From: Fidelibacterota bacterium
Lineage (GTDB): Bacteria > Fidelibacterota > Marinisomatia > Marinisomatales > UBA1611
Length of the DNA stretch: 64,000 nucleotides
NCBI GenBank assembly: GCA_018658715.1
Contig: JABHUQ010000034.1
Coordinates: 86,230-150,229 of the forward strand
Direction of reading: 5' to 3'
Shown here: positions 1 through 8,861 of the stretch, one piece after another
Layout: every line of letters starts with the position of its first letter
Numbering within the stretch: position 1 is the first letter of the stretch
The notes under the pieces: generated by a model
Databases searched by the model: none
Told to the model about the DNA's origin: nothing
What the model saw: only the letters and a program-made list of their open reading frames with translations
Translations under genes and position numbers: made by a program

Positions 1-738
1 CCCTAATGCACAATTCAATCCAACTGCCGTTAAATTTCCGTGACGAATAGATGGCCAAAAAGCGTCTACTGTTTGACCCGATAGCGTTCTCCCACTTGCA
101 TCAACAATAGTACCTGATACCATTATGGGTATGGATAAATTTCTTTCTTCTAATATGGAATTGACAGCAAATAGAGCTGCTTTACAATTAAGAGTGTCAA
201 ATACAGTTTCAATTAGAATAATATCCACACCGCCATCTAATAAGCCTTTTGCCTGTTCACTATAGGCTTCAAACAAATCATCAAAAGTTACATTTCGAAA
301 TTCCGGTTTATTAACATTTGGGCTTAAAGTTGCTGCTTTTGCTGTTGGCCCTATGGATCCACAAACAAATCGTGGAATATTAGGTGTCTTTTTTGAGTAT
401 TCACCAGCTATTTGTTTGGCGATTTTTGCAGAGGCAACATTTAATTGATAAACCCAATCTTCCATATCATAGTCTGCCATACTAATCGCGTTTGCGTTAA
501 AAGTATTCGTTTCGATAATATCTGCACCTGCGGCGAGATATTTACTATGTATTTCAGAAATAATATGAGGTTGGGTAATAGATAATAAATCATTATTACC
601 TTTTAATAGTTTAGGATAATCTTTAAATAAATCACCACGAAAATCTTCTTCATCAAGGCGAAAAGACTGTATTTGGGTACCCATGGCACCATCCATAATT
701 AAAATACGTTTTTTTAATATTTCTTTGATATTTTGCAT
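1..738 (-). CDS. metH: Methionine synthase, N-terminal homocysteine S-methyltransferase domain (5' portion only; gene continues past window start)
   Basis: Absent from the ORF track because it has no stop in the window. My minus-strand translation from the ATG at 738-736 reads MQNIKEILKKRILIMDGAMGTQIQSFRLDEEDFRG...GADIIETNTFNAN...ILIETVFDTLNCKAA...SGTIVDASGRTLSGQT...GLNCALG. This is near-colinear with the E. coli MetH N-terminus as I remember it, including the GLNCALG Zn-Cys motif. Confidence 0.9.
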   Translation of the reverse strand, partial: MQNIKEILKKRILIMDGAMGTQIQSFRLDEEDFRGDLFKDYPKLLKGNNDLLSITQPHIISEIHSKYLAAGADIIETNTFNANAISMADYDMEDWVYQLNVASAKIAKQIAGEYSKKTPNIPRFVCGSIGPTAKAATLSPNVNKPEFRNVTFDDLFEAYSEQAKGLLDGGVDIILIETVFDTLNCKAALFAVNSILEERNLSIPIMVSGTIVDASGRTLSGQTVDAFWPSIRHGNLTAVGLNCALG

Positions 739-865
739 AAAAAAAGCCGGCATGTAGAGCCGGCTGCACCACCTTTTTAGCTGTTATTTATTTGTCGCAG
801 CAATACGGCTCAAATCACGACTAGGAATATTACTTCACTGAAAGTCTTTGTTCAAGGAAAAGGTA
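739..865 (-). promoter_or_regulatory. Structured metH 5' leader ending in an intrinsic-terminator hairpin (candidate riboswitch/attenuator, class unassigned)
   Basis: On the minus strand there is a closing helix CCUUUU (863-858) / AAAAGG (777-772) and an internal hairpin GUCGUG (821-816)...UGCGAC (799-794). An A-rich tail AACAGCUAAAAAGG follows. Then GCCGGC-UCUACAU-GCCGGC (764-746) plus U7 (745-739) directly abuts the AUG. Confidence 0.4.
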
Positions 866-1011
866 TTGCAAAATAAATGTATTTATTGTGATATATGAAG
901 AAAAACGCGTATCTTCTCATGTTGATGGGTTTAGAAGGACGTTAAAGTTTCAACTTTTTTTGACGGTACAGACATTTTTTTTATCGCCCGCAATTGGGCC
1001 TGTGATTCGAT

Positions 1012-1027
1012 TTCCTTCCTTCCTTCC
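1012..1027. repeat. Tetranucleotide microsatellite (TTCC)4 in the divergent metH/rng intergenic region
   Basis: Read directly: ttcc ttcc ttcc ttcc followed by cctc. Confidence 0.9.
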
Positions 1028-1077
1028 CCTCATATAACATAGAGTAAATAACATTCTGTTACTGGAGTGACCAATCC

Positions 1078-1135
1078 GTGTATACCTTACATGTGAGTTA
1101 GGACATCCTGCGCAGGTTAGTATATAGGTATACAC
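1078..1135 (+). promoter_or_regulatory. Leader hairpin immediately 5' of the rng start codon
   Basis: Perfect 9-bp inverted repeat GTGTATACC (1078-1086) / GGTATACAC (1127-1135) with a 40-nt interior containing the palindrome CCTGCGCAGG. The 3' arm ends one base before the ATG at 1136. Confidence 0.3.
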
Positions 1136-2677
1136 ATGAAGAAAGAAGTGTTTATAAATGAGAGTTTGGGAGATACTCGGATTGCCATCCAAGAAGATAA
1201 CCAACTCGTTGAAGTTTATATTGAACAAGAAGATAAACAGAGAATGGTGGGGAACATCTATAAAGGGAAGGTAGAAAATGTCCTTCCTGGCATGCAAGCC
1301 GCCTTTGTAGATATTGGCTATGATTTAAATGCATTCCTTCCATTTTCAGAAATAGAAAATAATGATTATCTCGCAGATGTAGATCGTAGTCGAAATAATC
1401 GGAAAAAAAATCATCAATCTGATAATATTTTAGTTGATCTAAGAACTGGGCAGGATATTTATGTCCAAGTCATTAAAGAACCGTTTGCCGGTAAAGGACC
1501 ACGCGTTACCACGGAAGTGGCATTGCCGGGTCGTTTACTTGTCCTCGTTCCTGGAGCCAACTATATTGGTATTTCCAAAAAAATATGGGATAAGTATGAA
1601 AGGCGACGACTTAAAAAAATAGCTCAATCACTCCGAAAAAAAGATGTAGGTATTATTATACGTACAGTGGCGGAGGGTAAAAGTGAAGAACATATTACAA
1701 ATGATTTTAATATGCTTATTCAAAATTGGGAAAAAATGGAACAAAAAGGAGATCGCGGTCAAGCTCCCATAATTGTTTATGAAGATTTAGAAACTGCTTC
1801 TAGTGTGGTTCGAGATTTGCTTACACCCGATGTAGCTAAAATTATTATTGATTCCAAAAAGTTATATCGAAAAACACAGCGTTATTTAGAAGAAACATCG
1901 CCTGGATTATGTGATAGTTTAGAATATTATAAACTAAAAGTACCTCTATTTGAAAGTTTTGGGATTGAGAATGAAATCGAAAAACTCCTTCGACCAAAAG
2001 TCTGGCTTAAAAGCGGCGCCTATCTGATTATTGAAAAAACTGAAGCTATGGTCGTAGTGGATGTAAATAGTGGGCGGTTTGTGGGGAAGAAACTCCATGA
2101 AGATAATTCTTTAAAAATAAACTTAGAAGCAGCTCGGGAAGTAGCTCGCTCCTTGAGATTAAGAGATTTATCAGGTTTAATTGTGATTGATTTCATTGAT
2201 ATGAAAAAAGAAGAAAACCGTAAAAAAGTATATCACGAACTTCGGAAAGAGCTTAGAAAAGACCGGGCAAAAGTAGCTGTTGCGCCTATTACTGAATTTG
2301 GTTTATTAGAAATGACTCGCCAACGAATTCGTTTAAGTTTAATTGATTCCATGAGTGATGAGTGTCCTACATGTCATGGAGCGGGACGAATTGTGTCTCG
2401 TGAAACTCTTATTACTCGTATTGATCATTGGCTTAGACGCTATAAATCTAAACATAGAGATTTACGGTTACGACTCGAACTACACCCAGATAATGCAAAA
2501 TATATGACTCAAGAGAAAAAACGAGTTTTACGTGGCCTTATGTGGCAAAATTTTGTTCATTTAAAAATAGAAGAAAACCATGATATATTTTTAGATGAAT
2601 TTAGATTTTTCCGCGTAAAAGACAATTCAGACGTTACAAATGAACTAGGACTTGATAAGGACCATGCTTCCGCGTAA
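1136..2677 (+). CDS. rng: RNase E/G family ribonuclease (RNase G-like)
   Basis: 513 aa. N-terminal S1 domain (GNIYKGKVENVLPGMQAAFVDIG), catalytic core (VVVDVNSGRFVG, LSGLIVIDFIDM) and Zn-link motif CPTCHGAG. Confidence 0.9.
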   Translation: MKKEVFINESLGDTRIAIQEDNQLVEVYIEQEDKQRMVGNIYKGKVENVLPGMQAAFVDIGYDLNAFLPFSEIENNDYLADVDRSRNNRKKNHQSDNILVDLRTGQDIYVQVIKEPFAGKGPRVTTEVALPGRLLVLVPGANYIGISKKIWDKYERRRLKKIAQSLRKKDVGIIIRTVAEGKSEEHITNDFNMLIQNWEKMEQKGDRGQAPIIVYEDLETASSVVRDLLTPDVAKIIIDSKKLYRKTQRYLEETSPGLCDSLEYYKLKVPLFESFGIENEIEKLLRPKVWLKSGAYLIIEKTEAMVVVDVNSGRFVGKKLHEDNSLKINLEAAREVARSLRLRDLSGLIVIDFIDMKKEENRKKVYHELRKELRKDRAKVAVAPITEFGLLEMTRQRIRLSLIDSMSDECPTCHGAGRIVSRETLITRIDHWLRRYKSKHRDLRLRLELHPDNAKYMTQEKKRVLRGLMWQNFVHLKIEENHDIFLDEFRFFRVKDNSDVTNELGLDKDHASA

Positions 2678-2703
2678 TTTCGCCGGCTTTATGGAGATTA
2701 AAA

Positions 2704-3087
2704 ATGTATGCTATCGTAAATATATCAGGTAAACAATTTAAAGCGGTGGAAGGCCGTCAACTTCGCGTGCCTAAATTAGACCATTCTACTGGAGATAAAG
2801 TCACTTTTGATGAAGTGCTTCTTTTCCATGATGGTAAAAAGACACAGGTTGGATCACCCACAGTCGCAAAAGCAACTGTTACAGCGACTATTGTAGATCA
2901 TGGAAGAGAACGTAAAGTTCTAATCTACAAGAAAAAACGCCGTAAAGGGTACCAGAGAAAAAATGGGCACCGCCAACATTTTACCAGTGTTGAAATTAAT
3001 AAAATTCAATTAAAAGCGGCTACGAAGAAAAAGACACCTGCAAAAAAAGCGGATCCTAAACCAGCTAAAGAAAAGAAAGAGGCTTAA
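2704..3087 (+). CDS. rplU: 50S ribosomal protein L21 with Lys/Ala-rich C-terminal tail
   Basis: [25 protein letters not shown]..., SD-like ggag upstream, classic rplU-rpmA pairing. Confidence 0.95.
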   Translation: MYAIVNISGKQFKAVEGRQLRVPKLDHSTGDKVTFDEVLLFHDGKKTQVGSPTVAKATVTATIVDHGRERKVLIYKKKRRKGYQRKNGHRQHFTSVEINKIQLKAATKKKTPAKKADPKPAKEKKEA

Positions 3088-3089
3088 TT

Positions 3090-3347
3090 ATGGCTCATAA
3101 GAAAGGACAAGGTAGTTCAAGAAATGGTCGCGATTCCAATGCGCAACGCCTTGGAGTTAAAGTGTCAGATGGTCAATCTATCTTAGCAGGCGGTATCATC
3201 CTTAAACAGCGTGGTACTAAAATTCATCCAGGTGCTAATGTAAAAAGGGCTAATGATGATAGCCTTTTTGCAATAGCTGATGGAATAGTGAAATTTGGGA
3301 AAAAAGGACGTGATCGCAAAATTGTGAGCGTTCTTACTCCCAATTAA
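3090..3347 (+). CDS. rpmA: 50S ribosomal protein L27
   Basis: [24 protein letters not shown]... Confidence 0.97.
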   Translation: MAHKKGQGSSRNGRDSNAQRLGVKVSDGQSILAGGIILKQRGTKIHPGANVKRANDDSLFAIADGIVKFGKKGRDRKIVSVLTPN

Positions 3348-3362
3348 ATGCCAACCGTTTAA

Positions 3363-4403
<1,041 letters not shown>

Positions 4404-4428
4404 GTCACTTTTTAAATGTTCAAGGAAA

Positions 4429-4458
4429 AGCCTCTGTATAATTCGGAGGCTTTTTTTT
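4429..4458 (+). terminator. Rho-independent terminator after mdh
   Basis: Stem AGCCTCTG (4429-4436) / CGGAGGCT (4444-4451) including one G-U pair. The T8 run is 4451-4458. Confidence 0.8.
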
Positions 4459-4535
4459 AATTCTCCTAATTTATTTGACTTATATTGGTATGTGTAAAAT
4501 CCAGACAGGAAAACAAGAGTTAAAATATCCATGAC

Positions 4536-4558
4536 AACCTTTTTTAATTCTAACTGTC
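4536..4558 (+). promoter_or_regulatory. Candidate ECF-type promoter (AAC-N17-GTC) upstream of the ECF sigma gene
   Basis: caACC-ttttttaattctaact-GTCaaa: AAC at 4536-4538, GTC at 4556-4558, 17-nt spacer, 22 nt upstream of the GTG start. A motif-level match only. Confidence 0.3.
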
Positions 4559-4580
4559 AAACTGAGCAAACAGACCTATT

Positions 4581-5138
4581 GTGAAACCTGAAGTACAACA
4601 CCTAATTCTCGACGCAAAGACGGGAAATACTGAAGCCTTTCATGCGTTGGTGGCATACCATGATGAAAAAATGATGACATTAGCCCTTGAACTCACCCGA
4701 CATCAACAAGATGCAGAAGATTTATACCAAGAAGTTTTTCTTAAGGCATATAGATATATCGGGGCGTTCCGTATGGAAAGTTCATTCTATACATGGCTTT
4801 ATCGCATTATGGTAAACTCTTTTTTAAATCATCAGCGAAAAAAAGAAAACATAAAGATTCAAGAGCCATCAGGTGATTCCCCTAACCTAATTGATTCTAT
4901 TCCTGCAGATGCTCCGAAAAACACAGATGTATCAGATCAAATTAATCGCATCCTATGCACTCTTCCAAAACAACAAAAAACAGTTTTTATTTTGAAGCAT
5001 TTTCAAGGTTTAAAAATTAGAGAAATATCAGACATAATGGATATTTCATCAGGTACTATCAAGAAATATCTTTTTCGCGCTATGGAAAAAATGCGAGCCG
5101 GGTTAAAAGATTATCAATATACAAGGAATCCTTCATGA
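4581..5138 (+). CDS. ECF-type RNA polymerase sigma-70 factor
   Basis: 185 aa, GTG start. Region 2 (DAEDLYQEVFLKAYRYIGAF...FYTWLYRIMVNSFLNHQRK) and region 4 HTH (LKIREISDIMDISSGTIKKYLFRA). Confidence 0.9.
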   Translation: MKPEVQHLILDAKTGNTEAFHALVAYHDEKMMTLALELTRHQQDAEDLYQEVFLKAYRYIGAFRMESSFYTWLYRIMVNSFLNHQRKKENIKIQEPSGDSPNLIDSIPADAPKNTDVSDQINRILCTLPKQQKTVFILKHFQGLKIREISDIMDISSGTIKKYLFRAMEKMRAGLKDYQYTRNPS

Positions 5139-6067
5139 CATTCTCACAAAAAGAAAAAGCTGCTTTGTCTGTATTAAAAGTCCTGGATTCTCATGACATG
5201 TCTAAATTTGAAGATGACTTGCCACATGATACAGATTTACAAAAATGGGTTTTGGAATATGAGTCTACCTTAAAAAATATAGATTCTTCTTTAAGTGCCG
5301 ATGTATCTCAAAAACAATTGCAATCTCAACGTATGTCTCTTCGGAACAAAATTAATTCTGAACTCAATATAAAAACATCAGATACCCGACTTATTCAACC
5401 ATTTACATCTATGCGACAAACAGTGTGGCTGATGCTTTCTTTAATAATTATTGCGTTTTTCTTTGGAAAATCATTTCATAAATTAGAAGCGACTAGCACT
5501 TCTAAATCTGTTGATATTATTCAACTTATGAATCAAGGATTGCTCGCAAATATCGATATTAAATTGAATGGTGATGAGTCCAATCCAATCCAACTCGCAT
5601 TACAATCAACAAACGAAATTGAGTATTCAGGAAATCTAAAAGATGAATTGATTCAAAATATGCTTTTTTATTTACTCTTAAATGATCATAATACTGGAAA
5701 GCGTCTTAAAGCAGTAAAACTTCTTGAACACATTCAACTCCAAGAAAATGGTCGAAATGTACTTATTGCATCTATGCTTACCGATCCAAATCCGGGTGTG
5801 CGATTAAAATCGGCCAAAATGCTTCAATCATATGTTGCAGATAAATTACTTATTGATGCATGTGTCAAAACAATATTAGAGGATGACAATTTTGCAGTTA
5901 GACTTAGCGCTATGGATATTTTAGAATCTCACCCTGTCCCAGATATGATTCCAGCTCTTCAAGTAATTCGTATCGTGGATGAAAATCCTTTAATTAAATC
6001 ACGAGCCAAGAGTATGCTGGTAGAATTTGAAGATTTAAATAATGGTAAAATAGAGCCAAAAATTTAA
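5135..6067 (+). CDS. Putative single-pass anti-sigma factor with extracytoplasmic HEAT-like repeats
   Basis: ATGA overlap with the sigma gene. One TM segment (VWLMLSLIIIAFFFG). C-terminal repeats DPNPGVRLKSAKML / DDNFAVRLSAMDIL / DENPLIKSRAKSML. No ZAS HxxxCxxC motif seen. Confidence 0.5.
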   Translation: MTFSQKEKAALSVLKVLDSHDMSKFEDDLPHDTDLQKWVLEYESTLKNIDSSLSADVSQKQLQSQRMSLRNKINSELNIKTSDTRLIQPFTSMRQTVWLMLSLIIIAFFFGKSFHKLEATSTSKSVDIIQLMNQGLLANIDIKLNGDESNPIQLALQSTNEIEYSGNLKDELIQNMLFYLLLNDHNTGKRLKAVKLLEHIQLQENGRNVLIASMLTDPNPGVRLKSAKMLQSYVADKLLIDACVKTILEDDNFAVRLSAMDILESHPVPDMIPALQVIRIVDENPLIKSRAKSMLVEFEDLNNGKIEPKI

Positions 6068-7308
6068 TGAAATATCTTATTCACATCTTTATTCTCTCAT
6101 CATTGCTTTATTCGCAAAAGATTTTTGATTCATTCGAACAAGAACGTATAAGTCGATATCGGTACATGGAACAATATACATTTGAGCAAGTGTTGGATGA
6201 TGGTTCTTACACACTAATTGTAAATAATTTTAATGGCGACATGGTCATTAGGGGGCATCTAGGATCAAGCCTTTCAGCCAACATAAAAACCACTATTAAA
6301 GTCCTTACAGAGCAAGGGGCTAAGGAAATGATAAATCTACATCAAGTTATTGTCCGGCATGATAATGATAAAAAAGTTGTTCAAATAGATGGCCCAGAAG
6401 ATTTGTCCGGCAGAATCTCCTACAATTTAGATCTACAAATCCCTATCATGACAAATTTAACAATGCATTCTCTTGGGGGCGATGTAGCCATAGAACATGC
6501 ACAAGGTGAAATTGAAATTAAAACAGGTGGAGGCGATATGGATCTAAACCATATCAATGGGAAAGGTTTTTTTGAAACAGCTGGTGGGGATATTGAGTTT
6601 GAAAATGGGAAAGGACGATTTAGCATTATATCAAAAGGCGGAGATATTTCCATAGAAAATATTGAAGGAAAATTTTCAGCTGAAACAGCTGGTGGTGATG
6701 TTGAACTATCAAGTATTATTGGTAATGCTGTAGTCTCCACCCGAGGAGGTTCAATCGGGGTTATATCTTTCGATGGCCAATATTTATTAGCATCAACCTC
6801 TGGAGGTGATATTCATATTCGTGACATAAATGGAAATGTAGATATCAGTACTTCAGGGGGTGATATTGAAATCCAAAATCTTACAGGGAATGCAATTGCA
6901 TCTACATTAGGGGGTGATGTTGGGTTAGATGAAATACACGGGAATGTCGACTGTTCAACAAAAGGTGGGGCTATCCACGGTAAAGATATTTTTGGTGCAA
7001 TAAAGGCTGTAAACCAAGCAGGAAATATTTCCATAGAAAAAAAATATGATACACAATTAAAAGACCATTCCCTGGATTTAACTACTTACGTTGGTGATAT
7101 ATATACATCTATCCCTGAACATTTCCCTGCAAACGTAACTATCATTCATAATGGAGAAAATGCTACCAGTTCTATCAATGCAGATTTTTATTTAAATGAA
7201 AAGAATAAACAGGGAAAGATAATTGCTACCACAAAAATTCGTGAAGGAATTTATCCCTTCAAAATAACCATATACCATTCGGGTGACATAAAAATTCGTG
7301 AGGATTAA
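6067..7308 (+). CDS. Secreted beta-helical repeat protein, DUF4097 ('toastrack'/putative adhesin)-like
   Basis: Signal peptide, then about 11 consecutive units of about 19 aa built around GGD[IVM] (TGGGDMDL, TAGGDIEF, SKGGDISI, TAGGDVEL, TSGGDIHI, TSGGDIEI, TLGGDVGL...). TAATG overlap with the upstream gene. Confidence 0.7.
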   Translation: MKYLIHIFILSSLLYSQKIFDSFEQERISRYRYMEQYTFEQVLDDGSYTLIVNNFNGDMVIRGHLGSSLSANIKTTIKVLTEQGAKEMINLHQVIVRHDNDKKVVQIDGPEDLSGRISYNLDLQIPIMTNLTMHSLGGDVAIEHAQGEIEIKTGGGDMDLNHINGKGFFETAGGDIEFENGKGRFSIISKGGDISIENIEGKFSAETAGGDVELSSIIGNAVVSTRGGSIGVISFDGQYLLASTSGGDIHIRDINGNVDISTSGGDIEIQNLTGNAIASTLGGDVGLDEIHGNVDCSTKGGAIHGKDIFGAIKAVNQAGNISIEKKYDTQLKDHSLDLTTYVGDIYTSIPEHFPANVTIIHNGENATSSINADFYLNEKNKQGKIIATTKIREGIYPFKITIYHSGDIKIRED

Positions 7309-7312
7309 TATC

Positions 7313-8854
7313 ATGAAATTCCATAATAATTATATTTGGCACGCTATGCTTTTTTCTATCTTATTTGCAGGGAACGCCTGGACAATGTCCATGGAAAAGG
7401 AATCAAAATCAAAAATCGTCCGGGATGAAATGAAATTTTATTCTGATTATATAATTGATTCTACAGACATAGTGAATGATCGAATTCGGATTATGGGTGG
7501 TGATTTATTTATTTACGGACAAATAGATAATAAAATTACTGTCATTGGAGGAGATGTTACTATTGGCGCAACGGCTATAATAAATGGTGAAATTATCGCT
7601 GTGGGAGGGACGGTACTAACCCAAGATGGCGCTATAATTAATGGAAAAATTATTGAAGCAAATTTGAATGAAGGGTTAGTGTATCGGGAAACATTTACTG
7701 ATTCAGCTGAAACACGTAAAAATGCCTTCTTTGAGTTAAAAAGAAAATCAGATTGGTTGCGTGAAGGTTGGATTCATCCAAAAGATGATTTTTTGATTTA
7801 TAATAGAAATGAAGGAGCTCGAATCACTTTTTTCGATTCAGATTTTGACCACGGGGATCACTCGCCATTTCGTCTAAGTGTTTCGACTGCTTATCGAACA
7901 GCGCTCAAAGATTTTACCGGACGCATCACATTTGAAAAGTCATTTTTCAAAAATCGGTTTTTTATTCTTTATGGGAGTGTGTTCAAAGAAGCAAAGTCTG
8001 ATGATGAATACCGTATAACAGAAGAAGAGAATACTATTGCAAGCCTCTTCGCTCGACAAGATTTTTATGATCGGTGGGACGAGGAAGGCTGGGAGCTTGG
8101 TTTTGCATTAGATTTTAATCGACTCAAATTCAAAGCTTTTACTTCTGATGTTCAACAAGATTCAATTCCTGTAAATAATTCCTTGTGGAGTATCGCAGAA
8201 AAAGACCGCGCCTTAAGAGGAAATCCATTTGTCCAACCTTCAAGACAAGTGGGCCTTTATAAAGCCACACTTGCCTTTCAATCAAAAAACCATCACCCAC
8301 TTAAAACCGGATACGCATTTTTAGTTCAAGGAGAACAAATTATAAATGATGGCGATGGTGAATATCTGGATGAAACGAATGAAGTCAATGTACAAAAACC
8401 AAGAAATAGAATGCTTATTATGTCGCGTATCAATTTGGAATTTTCTCCAGGACTTGTTTTTAGAAATCAAACGATTCTAGGTCTTTCTAATGGGCACCTA
8501 CATTCATTCCGTAATTTTGGCATCGGTGGGATTGGTTCTGTATCTGCATTTCCTTATAAAACAAAGTCTGGAGATCATATGATACAAACAAATGTGGAAT
8601 TAATTATGACGCCTGACTTCACAGATGAAAATATGTTTTTTAAAGTATTTTTTGATTCTGGATTAGCTTTTGATTCTGATAAGATGGTGGATATTAAAAA
8701 AATATCTGATCGAAAAAATGATTTTATTTCAGCAGTAGGTATAGGCATTGGAACCGAATCAGAAGATGGGTTAGGTGTTGGCTTTAATCTAGCAAAGCCT
8801 TTAAATGATTCAGATTATTTAGAAACAACCATACGCCTTCATTTCAACTTTTGA
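7313..8854 (+). CDS. Outer-membrane protein: N-terminal bactofilin-like beta-helix fused to an Omp85/BamA-type C-terminal barrel
   Basis: The track ORF opens at GTG 7298; ATG 7313 (MKFHNNY...) is the more likely start. N-terminus: GGDLFIYGQIDNKITVIGGDVTIGATAIINGEIIAVGGTVLTQDGAIINGKII. C-terminus follows the Omp85 pattern: FGIGGIGSVSAF...NVELIMTP...FFDSGLAFD...SAVGIGIGTES...TIRLHFNF (terminal Phe). No POTRA-like region recognised. Confidence 0.55.
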   Translation: MKFHNNYIWHAMLFSILFAGNAWTMSMEKESKSKIVRDEMKFYSDYIIDSTDIVNDRIRIMGGDLFIYGQIDNKITVIGGDVTIGATAIINGEIIAVGGTVLTQDGAIINGKIIEANLNEGLVYRETFTDSAETRKNAFFELKRKSDWLREGWIHPKDDFLIYNRNEGARITFFDSDFDHGDHSPFRLSVSTAYRTALKDFTGRITFEKSFFKNRFFILYGSVFKEAKSDDEYRITEEENTIASLFARQDFYDRWDEEGWELGFALDFNRLKFKAFTSDVQQDSIPVNNSLWSIAEKDRALRGNPFVQPSRQVGLYKATLAFQSKNHHPLKTGYAFLVQGEQIINDGDGEYLDETNEVNVQKPRNRMLIMSRINLEFSPGLVFRNQTILGLSNGHLHSFRNFGIGGIGSVSAFPYKTKSGDHMIQTNVELIMTPDFTDENMFFKVFFDSGLAFDSDKMVDIKKISDRKNDFISAVGIGIGTESEDGLGVGFNLAKPLNDSDYLETTIRLHFNF

Positions 8855-8861
8855 GATTAAT

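Noticed and set aside
739-865. Cobalamin riboswitch as the identity of the metH leader.
   Set aside because: I could not find a convincing B12 box (AGYCMGGAGACCKGCC-like) or the GGUGAAAUUCC/GCCACUG core elements. The GCCGGC...GCCGGC element is better explained as a terminator stem. This is left for a covariance-model test.
950-1343. Minus-strand ORFs of 115 aa and 63 aa overlapping the rng start and leader.
   Set aside because: They have no recognisable motif, are low-complexity, and overlap a strongly supported RNase G gene and its leader. metH clearly starts at 738, so they are not part of it.
6420-7034. Long antisense ORFs (6420-6740, 6813-7034, minus strand) rich in 'SPP' and 'ISPP' repeats.
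   Set aside because: They mirror the periodic GGD[IV] codons (ggtggNgat -> atcNccacc) of the sense-strand DUF4097-like gene. That is a repeat-driven lack of stops, not independent coding.
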